Source: Fidelibacterota bacterium (GTDB lineage: Bacteria; Fidelibacterota; UBA8477; JABMPR01). From it: DNA of 64,000 nt. The position numbers were made by a program, and so were the translations under genes. Below the pieces are notes generated by a model. It searched no databases and was not told the origin of the DNA. It worked only from the letters and a program-made list of their open reading frames with translations. Shown piece after piece: positions 40,825 to 49,742 of this stretch (positions within the stretch are counted from its first letter, which is position 1; each line of letters starts with the position of its first letter). The stretch lies in the NCBI GenBank assembly GCA_016845065.1, contig JAERTG010000023.1:167553-231552 (forward strand). Reading direction: 5' to 3'.

Positions 40825-40885
40825 TTAAGCTTTCGAGGGCTCGTGGAAATGAAATCGGGACTCATTTGTGTGAATTGTTGAGCCA

Positions 40886-43240
40886 TTATATATGAATTGG
40901 CCAGAATAAAGGCAGAATAAATACGGCGATCAATCCGAATAGTATAACCAGGGGCAATCCAACTCTGGTGTAATCAGTAAATCGATATCCACCAATACCC
41001 ATAACCAGCAGATTAACAGGGTGTCCCACGGGACTCAAAAAACTGGCTGAACTTCCCAGTGCTACAACCATGGCCAAGGCGTAGGGTGAAAGTCCCAAAT
41101 TTGTAGCAGTAGCCAATGCCATGGGCGCCATAAGAACAGCCACAGCGGCTGTTGGCATGACTTGAGCAAAAAGGCAGGTAACAATGTATAATCCAGCGAT
41201 GATACCCTGTGGGCCCAGAAAGGCTAGAGAACCCAGAAGACTATCTGCCAAAAGGCTGGTTACCCCGGTTTCTTGCATGGCCACTCCCAGACTCAACATC
41301 CCGGCGATGAGCATGATGGCTCGCCACTCAATAGCTTCATATGCCTCATCCATAGTGATACATTTTGTCAATACCATGAGCACAGCCCCACCTAAAGCAG
41401 CAATGAAAATGGGTAGCCATCCAATGGCTACTGCGACGAGAACACCAATTTCAATGCCGGCAGCTATCATGACTTTGTCTTTTTTGTAAATAGGCTGATC
41501 AAGACCACTTATGATGAGATAGTCATCCTCCTCTTGTAACATGCCCAGATTTTGGCGTAGACCATAAACCATGAGGGCATCGCCCGGCTCCAAAACAAAA
41601 TCACGAAGGTTTGTGCGATAAGCCCTGTCCCTGCGCCAGATTGCCAGCACAGTTAGCCCAAATTTTTCGCGGAAATAGAGCTCACCAATGGTCTTGCCGG
41701 CGGCCGAATTTCTGGGTGACAGGGTAATTTCAGCCACACCAACTTCATCAGATTCCAATCGTTCCAGATCGTTCTTGGATTGTTCCTCCATTTCCAGATT
41801 CTGTAAACTATGTAGAATTTCCAGGATTTCAGGTTCTCCAATAACGATGAGAATATCATTGGCTTCAAGCTCATGAGCCGGGGGTGGCATAAAGATGACC
41901 TCTTCGCCTCTGCGGATTCCCAGGACATTGATTCCCAAAGCGCTTTTCAGGTGGCTTCTGGCGATGCTCCGGGTTGCCAGGGTCGATTCATCAGGAATTT
42001 GTATACCTATTAGATGTCGGTGCAGTTTGTATTTGAGAGCCACCTTGCGGGGTGAGACATAATTGAACTCGCTAGATTGTTTGCTGTCAGCCATGGCATC
42101 CAGTTTATCAGTTTGCCCAATGGCGATGAGTAGATCATCTGGATTGAATCGGTAATTTCTCAAACGAGACACACGTACTTTATTTTTCTGAATCACAGCA
42201 ATGATGTTTATCTCATAGGAATTCCGAGTGCCGGCTTCTTTGAAGGTCTTTCCTATGAGGGAAGAATCTGGAGCAATTTTAAATTCTGCAAATCGAATGG
42301 CTTTTTCTAACTCATGTTCACCAATCAACCAACCATGCTTCAGAGTGAGGGTTTTCCAGTCTCGGAGGGTACCAACTTGATCTCTTCGTCCTCCAACCAG
42401 CAATTTATCCTCAGCACGCAACTGAGTGTCAGGTCCTGGAGCCAACAGGGTTTTCTCTCCCCTCAGTATGGCCAGGACATTGAATCCCAGGGCTGATCCA
42501 AGACGGCTCTCAGCAAGATTCTTATCCTTTAAGGCAGAATCTTCAGGGATGCTCATGGTCAGGAGACGATCATTGAGCTCGTATTGGCCATTGAGGGTAT
42601 CAGCGATTGAAGTTGATCTCCCCAGGTCTCTGTTTGGCAGCATATGCCTCCCAAAGAAAACGAGGTAGGCAATGCCAACAGCCATGGCAATCACACCAAT
42701 TGGAGTAAAATCAAACAAACCAAATGGCTGGAGACCTTCCATTTCAAGCGCATTGCTGATGAGGATGTTGGGAGCGGTAGCAATCAGCGTGGTCAATCCA
42801 CCGAAGAGAGATGCAAAAGCCAGAGGAATCAATAGTTTTGATGGTGAGCGACCGGTTCGATGGGCAATTTCCATGACTACAGGCAACATGAGGGCGGCTA
42901 CACCAATATTGTTCATAACACCTGATAAGGCACCTACTGTTACCATCATTATCACCAACAATTTGATCTCACTATTCCCAGATAGTTTGAGAATCTGACC
43001 ACCCAGGATTTGAGCGACACCCGTTCTTACCAGCCCAGCACTTAAAATCAGTACAGAGGCAATAGTAATGATGGCTGTATTGCTAAACCCGGCGATGGCC
43101 TGATGATGTGTGATGAGACCAAAAATAGATAAAATCAGCAGAACAGATAAGGCTACCAGATCTACTCGAAGCCATTCCGTGACAAATAGGATTACCGCTC
43201 CGGCTAGGACTGCGAGTACAAATATCATGGAAAATGTCAT
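40886..43240 (-). CDS. SLC13/DASS-family permease with TrkA-C (RCK_C) domains
   Basis: MNNIG, SPSKLLIPLAFAS, FLSPVGHPVNLLVMGIGGYRFTDY; repeated TrkA-C segments. Confidence 0.9.
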   Translation of the reverse strand: MTFSMIFVLAVLAGAVILFVTEWLRVDLVALSVLLILSIFGLITHHQAIAGFSNTAIITIASVLILSAGLVRTGVAQILGGQILKLSGNSEIKLLVIMMVTVGALSGVMNNIGVAALMLPVVMEIAHRTGRSPSKLLIPLAFASLFGGLTTLIATAPNILISNALEMEGLQPFGLFDFTPIGVIAMAVGIAYLVFFGRHMLPNRDLGRSTSIADTLNGQYELNDRLLTMSIPEDSALKDKNLAESRLGSALGFNVLAILRGEKTLLAPGPDTQLRAEDKLLVGGRRDQVGTLRDWKTLTLKHGWLIGEHELEKAIRFAEFKIAPDSSLIGKTFKEAGTRNSYEINIIAVIQKNKVRVSRLRNYRFNPDDLLIAIGQTDKLDAMADSKQSSEFNYVSPRKVALKYKLHRHLIGIQIPDESTLATRSIARSHLKSALGINVLGIRRGEEVIFMPPPAHELEANDILIVIGEPEILEILHSLQNLEMEEQSKNDLERLESDEVGVAEITLSPRNSAAGKTIGELYFREKFGLTVLAIWRRDRAYRTNLRDFVLEPGDALMVYGLRQNLGMLQEEDDYLIISGLDQPIYKKDKVMIAAGIEIGVLVAVAIGWLPIFIAALGGAVLMVLTKCITMDEAYEAIEWRAIMLIAGMLSLGVAMQETGVTSLLADSLLGSLAFLGPQGIIAGLYIVTCLFAQVMPTAAVAVLMAPMALATATNLGLSPYALAMVVALGSSASFLSPVGHPVNLLVMGIGGYRFTDYTRVGLPLVILFGLIAVFILPLFWPIHI

Positions 43241-43380
43241 CTAATACCTGTCAGTTTGAGCTTCTTTACATCGACCTGAACTTCAGAGGTGAATATTTTA
43301 AAGGTAAAGGGAAAAGGGCTGGGGTGCAAGAAATCACTGAAACTCCTGGTCTCAGCATCCTAGGCAAGAAAGAGCTGAAA

Positions 43381-43410
43381 TTGACATCATTGCATAAACT
43401 ATTTTATGCT
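43381..43410 (+). promoter_or_regulatory. Candidate sigma70 promoter of the MATE gene with overlapping palindrome
   Basis: TTGACA (43381) - 18 nt - TATGCT (43405); GCATAAA-N4-TTTATGC at 43392-43409. Confidence 0.45.
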
Positions 43411-43506
43411 ACTTCCTCCCCCATGTCTATTACTATGCAGGCTGAACATTTTCATTGAAAGATGATGATACTGGATGAAGTCGGGGTTCTAGAGGAGTGT
43501 GTTGAA

Positions 43507-44922
43507 TTGTTAAGTAAAATAGCTACCAGATGGGGTTCAGAATTTGGATATCGACACATCCTTGTCGTAGCATTCCCACTGATCCTGAGTACTGGTTCCT
43601 GGTCCATACAACAATTTGTTGACCGGATGTTTCTCAGCTGGCATTCTGAAGAAGCACTTGCTGCAGCCATGCCTGCAGGAATCCTCAACTTTGCCTTTAT
43701 CTGCCTCTTTATCGGCACAGTAAGTTATGCCGGAACTTTCGTATCCCAATATGTCGGAGCGCAGGAGGATCACAAAGTAGGTAAGGTTCTATGGCACAGC
43801 TTCTATCTCTCTCTGTTTGGGGCGATAATCTTGTTGCTCGTTGCTCCCTTCTCCAGCGAATTATTCAGCATCGTTGGACATAGCAGTAAACTCCAGATCA
43901 TGGAGAGCACCTATTTCAAAATTCTATGCTTCGGTGGATTGGGACCTATCCTCTCCTCTGCATTTGCTGGATTCTTTACTGGTCAAGGTCGGAATTGGCC
44001 CGTGATGTGGGTAAATTTATTCACAACCACAACGAATCTGATTCTGGACTATCTCTTGATCTTTGGTATAGGCATATTCCCAGAGATGGGTATTGCCGGA
44101 GCTGCTCTTGCTACTATCATCGCTGGTTTTTTATCTATCATCATGTATCTCATTTTGATTTTAAGACCTCACAACGAAACGCGATTCAAGGTTTGGTCAT
44201 CCAGGGCCTGGGACGCTTCTTTCATGAGACGGTTCCTCAAGTACGGTTTACCCAGCGGTGGTCACTTCTTTCTGGAAATCATGGGGTTTACAGCCTTCAT
44301 TCTAATCCTGGGAAGGATTGGTCAGATGGAACTGGCAGCAACAAATATTGCCATAAACATCAATAGTCTGGCCTTTATGCCCATGTTTGGTTTGGGTATC
44401 GCTGTATCAATGATGGTAGGTCAGAACATCGGTGGTGGAAAACCAGAAACTGCTCAATACGCAGCTAATTCGGGAGTTCAGCTTGGAATGGTATATATGA
44501 TCTTCTGTACTTTCCTGTATGTAGGCATTCCACAAGTTTTTGTAGCTCCGTTTGCTGCTTCCACTGAAACATTTGGGATGGCAGTTATTTTATTACGCTT
44601 CGTTGCGGTTTATGCTGTTTTTGACACACTAAGTATTTTGTATTCATCAGCCATTAAGGGTGCAGGAGATACTCATTTTGTCATGCGCATAACAACAGCC
44701 CTTTCCATATTTGTACTAATTATTCCCACTTTTGTCGCTGTGGAGTATTTTGATTCAGGGCTCTATTTGCCGTGGACATTCTGTGCACTATTTATCGTAT
44801 CCATGGGGCTCACTTTTCTTGGTAGATTTTTTGGTGGAAAATGGAAAAATATGAGTGTCATTGAGACACCTGGTTTTCTCCCATCCCAACACCCTGCAAA
44901 TCCAATCTCTCCTGAATTGTAA
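43507..44922 (+). CDS. MATE-family efflux transporter
   Basis: QQFVDRMFL, VSQYVGA, LDYLLIFG..PEMGIAGAALAT, GAGDT; start set at TTG 43507 after GAGGAG (alternative 43462). Confidence 0.92.
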   Translation: MLSKIATRWGSEFGYRHILVVAFPLILSTGSWSIQQFVDRMFLSWHSEEALAAAMPAGILNFAFICLFIGTVSYAGTFVSQYVGAQEDHKVGKVLWHSFYLSLFGAIILLLVAPFSSELFSIVGHSSKLQIMESTYFKILCFGGLGPILSSAFAGFFTGQGRNWPVMWVNLFTTTTNLILDYLLIFGIGIFPEMGIAGAALATIIAGFLSIIMYLILILRPHNETRFKVWSSRAWDASFMRRFLKYGLPSGGHFFLEIMGFTAFILILGRIGQMELAATNIAININSLAFMPMFGLGIAVSMMVGQNIGGGKPETAQYAANSGVQLGMVYMIFCTFLYVGIPQVFVAPFAASTETFGMAVILLRFVAVYAVFDTLSILYSSAIKGAGDTHFVMRITTALSIFVLIIPTFVAVEYFDSGLYLPWTFCALFIVSMGLTFLGRFFGGKWKNMSVIETPGFLPSQHPANPISPEL

Positions 44923-44990
44923 TCTTATAATCCGAATGAGATTTATGGATTAAGACAACCTTTTGTCTTGACTTCGCTTACTGTTGATAA

Positions 44991-45019
44991 ATACTTTGTA
45001 CGGTAATCGAACAAAGTAT
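44991..45019. promoter_or_regulatory. ROK (XylR/NagC-type) operator palindrome
   Basis: ATACTTTGTACG-GTAAT-CGAACAAAGTAT, downstream of TTGACT (44968) and upstream of an operon encoding a ROK protein. Confidence 0.7.
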
Positions 45020-45055
45020 TATCTGTGTAGAATGATGTCCTAATGAGGAGTCCGC

Positions 45056-46390
45056 ATGTATCAGGAGTATCACAAACTGACTCATCCCAAAATAAAGGGA
45101 ATAGGGCTCAGCCTGATTATTTTGCTCGGATTGTCCTTCTCAAATTGTTCAAACAACCAGGTCGCATTTGTTAAAGTGGTCTCTGACAGCACAGGCCATA
45201 AACTCACTGTCAATGATACAGATTACTTTGTGAATGGGATGAATTGGGACTACTACCCCATCGGAACCAATTATAAATATAAGTTTTGGGAACAACCTGA
45301 TGATTTCATTAAGTCTGTCCTTGACGAAGAAATGAAAGCACTGCATGACATGGGGGTAAACACTATCCGTCAATATGTTGGTGTACCACCTCACTGGGTT
45401 GAATACATCTACGATACATATGGTATTTTCACAGTCCTGAACCATAGCTTTGCTCGATACGGGATAGAGGTGAATGGTAGCTGGGTGGCTAATGTGGATT
45501 ATGGAGACCCTGCGACACGGGAGATAATTCTTAACGATGTCATTCTGATGGTTGAACAATTTCGCTATGTCCCTGGAGTATTGATGTGGCTATTGGGGAA
45601 TGAAAATAACTACGGATTGATTTGGGAATCGTCTGAGACTGGAGATATGCCGGAAGCACGGGACAGTCACTTCCAGCAAGCACGCGACTTATACTCACTA
45701 TACAATGAAGCGATCAGGATCATCCATATCAGGGATAATCGAAGGCCCGTGGCCATAGCCAATGGCGATGTTCAATTTATAGATCTCATTGTTGAGGAAA
45801 TTGAAAATCTAGATATTTTTGGAACCAACAGTTATCGCGGAGCCTCATTTGAGGACTTGTTCAAGCTTGTAAATGATAAACTGGATATTCCCTTACTCCT
45901 CACTGAATTTGGTGCAGATGCCTTTCATGCTCAAGAACAAAGGGAAGACCAGAGCTCACAAGCGCTAGTCCTCTTGGAAAATTGGCGCGAGATCTATCTG
46001 CAAGCTGCAGGAAATGGTGATGTTGGTAATACAATCGGTGGTCTTACATTCCAATTTAGCGACGGTTGGTGGAAATCAGGTCCTGACGATAAATTGGATA
46101 TACATGATTCCACAGCCTCGTGGTCAAATGGAGGCTACTCCGACGATTTCACTCCTGGCGTCAATAATATGAACGAAGAATGGTTTGGGATTTGTGGACG
46201 TGAAGCTTCTAAAACGCCAAACAGGGATATTCTACGCCCCCGTTTGGCATATTACCTTCTCATGAAGATTCACGCTCTCGATCCCCTCCTGTCATCTCAG
46301 GGAGCCCCAGAAATTAACAAATTCTTCTCAGAATTAGCTGAGACGAATCTGGACTCTCTCAGCTCAATTTATAAGTTTTACAATAATTGA
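45056..46390 (+). CDS. Clan GH-A TIM-barrel glycoside hydrolase (GH2/GH158-like), probable beta-1,3-glucanase
   Basis: MGVNTIRQY, LLGNENNY acid/base, LLTEFGAD nucleophile, NEEWFG; signal/lipoprotein-like N-terminus. Confidence 0.75.
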   Translation: MYQEYHKLTHPKIKGIGLSLIILLGLSFSNCSNNQVAFVKVVSDSTGHKLTVNDTDYFVNGMNWDYYPIGTNYKYKFWEQPDDFIKSVLDEEMKALHDMGVNTIRQYVGVPPHWVEYIYDTYGIFTVLNHSFARYGIEVNGSWVANVDYGDPATREIILNDVILMVEQFRYVPGVLMWLLGNENNYGLIWESSETGDMPEARDSHFQQARDLYSLYNEAIRIIHIRDNRRPVAIANGDVQFIDLIVEEIENLDIFGTNSYRGASFEDLFKLVNDKLDIPLLLTEFGADAFHAQEQREDQSSQALVLLENWREIYLQAAGNGDVGNTIGGLTFQFSDGWWKSGPDDKLDIHDSTASWSNGGYSDDFTPGVNNMNEEWFGICGREASKTPNRDILRPRLAYYLLMKIHALDPLLSSQGAPEINKFFSELAETNLDSLSSIYKFYNN

Positions 46391-47685
46391 ACCTCTCAGA
46401 TAAAAAGTTGTCACCTCTTTCTGGTGTTGGGTATCGACAGGTAAATATTTCAGGGTTTCGCAAGGTTGATCGGTGGGAAGCCAGGCCATTGGCGGATTCG
46501 GTCCTCCACCTGATATGGCGAGAAAAGCAAATTTCCAGAGCCGAGATAGCACGCCAAATAGGAATATCCCGCTCAACTGTGACTGAGGTGATACGAGATT
46601 TACTCAATACGGGTTATGTCAAGGAAGTTGGGGCTGGGGTTTCCAGCGGTGGTCGAAAACCCATTGTTCTTGAATTCCAGAATAACCATAAACTGATTCT
46701 TGGTATCGATATCGGTGCTACCCATGTTTCTGTGGCTCTACTCAATCTCGGTGGTGAGTTATTGTCATTCAATCGGCAGAGTCATTCTGTCCGAAATGAT
46801 CCGGAGGGGACGCGTAGTCTGGTCTTCAAGCTTTGCGATGCCTCTCTTAGTCAAGTTAACAACGGTCAGCAACGTCTATTAAGTATTGGTGTAGCCCTCC
46901 CCAGCCCTGTAGATCCAGATCACCCCGAATGGGTGTCAGAAGTAGTAATTCCTGCATGGCGCGGGAGGAATGAATTGGATATACTACATAGCCATTATGG
47001 TGTTCCTGTTTATGTAGACAATGATGCCAATCTTGGTGCCCTGGCCGAGTATCGTTGGGGTGCTGGTCGTGGATGTAAGGACCTGACCTATGTCAAGATT
47101 GGGTATGGACTCGGTGCAGGTTTTGTACTCAACGGTGAAATCTATCGCGGTTCCACAGGAATTGCCGGTGAAATGGGACATATGACTGTAGGAGAAAGCG
47201 ATACCCTATGCGAATGCGGATTGAATGGATGTTTAATCACTCTTGTAGGTGGAAAAGCCATGTCTGCCAGAGCTTCTGAGTTGTCAGATAAGTATCCTGA
47301 GAGTCCGTTGACAAAAGGTGATACTGATCTGGAAGCTATTGAAGCTGCAGCTCATAAACATGATGAATTAGCCCTCCAGCTTTACAAAGAAACAACTGAA
47401 TATTTGAGTCTAGCTATTACAGGTTGGATCAATATGATGAACCCCAGTAGAGTCATTCTTGGGGGATCGATGCAGGAGTTCCAGAATCGTCTATTGGACC
47501 CAGTCCGTGAAAAGATCAAGGCATGTTCCATCGTAGGATCAGTGCCTATCACCGACATACGGGCAGGTGAATTAGCACATCAGGCCGAAAGTATTGGTGC
47601 AGCGACTCTGGCCCTGGAAGGCGTCTTTTCAAATCCAGGTTTTTATCGAAATCAAATTGAACCACTAGAGGCATCGAATGTCTAG
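46387..47685 (+). CDS. ROK-family transcriptional repressor
   Basis: HTH ISRAEIARQIGISRSTVT, SSGGRKP, GIDIGAT, DNDANLGALAE, GEMGH, CECGLNGC. Confidence 0.95.
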   Translation: MNLSDKKLSPLSGVGYRQVNISGFRKVDRWEARPLADSVLHLIWREKQISRAEIARQIGISRSTVTEVIRDLLNTGYVKEVGAGVSSGGRKPIVLEFQNNHKLILGIDIGATHVSVALLNLGGELLSFNRQSHSVRNDPEGTRSLVFKLCDASLSQVNNGQQRLLSIGVALPSPVDPDHPEWVSEVVIPAWRGRNELDILHSHYGVPVYVDNDANLGALAEYRWGAGRGCKDLTYVKIGYGLGAGFVLNGEIYRGSTGIAGEMGHMTVGESDTLCECGLNGCLITLVGGKAMSARASELSDKYPESPLTKGDTDLEAIEAAAHKHDELALQLYKETTEYLSLAITGWINMMNPSRVILGGSMQEFQNRLLDPVREKIKACSIVGSVPITDIRAGELAHQAESIGAATLALEGVFSNPGFYRNQIEPLEASNV

Positions 47686-47777
47686 TAGACATACTGTTTG
47701 TACTGTTACTGACTATATATGTACTGAAATATGAATCTCTCTCTCTTTAAGAATTGATCAATGAAGGAGTCTGGCAC

Positions 47778-49727
47778 ATGAGTGCAAAAACACACTACAA
47801 AACTGCACGAGAAGATCGAATTTCGCTGAAACAAAAATCAGCATATGCTGTGGGTATGCTGGTGAACAATCTCCAAGCAGCAGCACTACCCGCCATGGTA
47901 GTTATCCTCAACCTGGGACTCGGAATGGATGTCTTATGGGTGGGTCTCATCGGAGCAATCCCCCGCATATTTGATGCAGTCTCGGATCCGCTGTTGGGAT
48001 ACATTTCTGACAATACCAGGACTCGCTGGGGCAGACGCCGACCTTTTATCTTTGCCGGTGCTATCCTTGCAGGAATTATTTTCGCCCTCATGTGGCAATT
48101 ACCTTCTGGGTACATTGATATTCTTGATAAGACACCCATCAAGCAACACCAGATCATTACTGCAGGTGAGTCGGATGCGGTCTTCAATGATGCAGGTGGT
48201 GTATTTTCGGAATATTCCGAGACTTCCATGCCTGATGCAAAATTCACCTTATATGGTCCAGAGGCACTGGCAATAAATCTGGGTTCATCTCTGGCCACAA
48301 ACCTGGATGGCTTCCCTCAGGTTGAGATAAATGTGGATATTCCGGAGTATGAGTCCTTCGAGGTTGTTTTCAATGAATCTGCTGGTGAGTCCTACTCAAT
48401 CCTCCTAACCGAAAACATGTCCGAGGATGGAAAGGGAAATCTATACAAGTTCAGTCTAGCAGATCTTGCCAAAAGCCCCCTTCCTGGAGATCAAACAGGC
48501 AACGATGTTCTAGACATTCAATCGCTGGGTAATATTTCTATACAGCTTACAGGGTTGGTTGGAACTGGAACGGCTACCATTCATTCTGTCAAGCTGCGAA
48601 AAAGTGAAAAATTCTTTGTCACTTATTTCTGGTATTTCATGGCCATGTCCATCCTCTTCTTTCTGGCATACACAGTATTTGCTACCCCTTTCGTAGCCTT
48701 TGGTTACGAAATGACGCCTGATTATCATGAACGTACTCGCCTGCACGCTTTTGCCAACACGGTGGGTCAGTTGGCCTGGTTGGGTGTTCCCTGGTTTTAC
48801 GCCATCATGTCCAGCACTTTATTCAGGGATACTGTACATGGTGCCCGCACCCTGGCGATCGCCGTGGGTATAATTGTCGCTGTATTCGGAATAATTCCTG
48901 CCATTTTCCTCAAGGAAAGACAAACTCTGGAACCCGTAAAAAATGCCGGTAAGAGTATTGGGCAAAACATGAGCGAGTTTTTCAAGGGAATTGTTACCAC
49001 CTTCAAATGTAGTCCATTTGTGAAATTGTGTGGTGCAACCTTTCTCGTTTTTAATGGGTTTCAACTGGGCATGTCCTTCTCCATATATGTCATGATATAC
49101 TATCTGTTTGGTGGTAATGATGGTGATGCGGGAAAACTCATGGGCTGGTTTGGGATGCTTACTTCCATTGCTACCCTTGGTGTAATTCCATTAACTGGAT
49201 GGATTGCTACCAAGATTGGCAAACGTAAAACATTTCTGCTTACAATTTCAATTTCAATCCTAGGGTATGCGATCAAATGGGTTGGGTATAATCCTGATTA
49301 TCCATACTGGCTCTTATATGCTGCACCTTTTGTTGCTTTTGGTACCGGCTCATTGTTTACCCTCATGGGATCCATGATATCGGATGTGTGTGATTATGAT
49401 GAACTTGAAACACATCAACGTCGCGAAGGTGTTTTTGGAGCTATCTACTGGTGGATGGTTAAAGTCGGGATGGCTCTGGCTGGCCTCCTCACAGGGATTT
49501 TACTCAAGGTCTCCGGATTCGATGTGGCACTGGGAGCAGCCCAATCAGAAAATACTTTATTCCTGATTAGAATCTTTGATGTGGGTATACCCCTCCTCAC
49601 CTCTCTGATAGCCCTATGGATTATTTCCACCTACAAACTCACTGAAGTGAAAGCCTACGATATTAGAACACAGCTCGAGGCCAGACGCGGAAAAGTCGCA
49701 ATGGCAGATGCTTCAGAAAACGATTAA
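47778..49727 (+). CDS. MFS (GPH/MelB-like) sugar permease with a ~165-aa inserted soluble domain
   Basis: RBS AAGGAG before ATG 47778; DAVSDP, SDNTRTRWGRRRP, EMTPDYHERT, DVCDYDE..RREG; hydrophilic insert at 48114-48611. Confidence 0.9.
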   Translation: MSAKTHYKTAREDRISLKQKSAYAVGMLVNNLQAAALPAMVVILNLGLGMDVLWVGLIGAIPRIFDAVSDPLLGYISDNTRTRWGRRRPFIFAGAILAGIIFALMWQLPSGYIDILDKTPIKQHQIITAGESDAVFNDAGGVFSEYSETSMPDAKFTLYGPEALAINLGSSLATNLDGFPQVEINVDIPEYESFEVVFNESAGESYSILLTENMSEDGKGNLYKFSLADLAKSPLPGDQTGNDVLDIQSLGNISIQLTGLVGTGTATIHSVKLRKSEKFFVTYFWYFMAMSILFFLAYTVFATPFVAFGYEMTPDYHERTRLHAFANTVGQLAWLGVPWFYAIMSSTLFRDTVHGARTLAIAVGIIVAVFGIIPAIFLKERQTLEPVKNAGKSIGQNMSEFFKGIVTTFKCSPFVKLCGATFLVFNGFQLGMSFSIYVMIYYLFGGNDGDAGKLMGWFGMLTSIATLGVIPLTGWIATKIGKRKTFLLTISISILGYAIKWVGYNPDYPYWLLYAAPFVAFGTGSLFTLMGSMISDVCDYDELETHQRREGVFGAIYWWMVKVGMALAGLLTGILLKVSGFDVALGAAQSENTLFLIRIFDVGIPLLTSLIALWIISTYKLTEVKAYDIRTQLEARRGKVAMADASEND

Positions 49728-49742
49728 GGGAAATTGACAATT

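Noticed and set aside
47692..47726. Four TACTG pentamers between the ROK and MFS genes
   Set aside because: Irregular spacing, short, plausible by chance
47772..47786. TGGCACATGAGTGCA as a sigma54 promoter
   Set aside because: GG-to-GC spacing is 9 rather than 10 and it overlaps the MFS start codon
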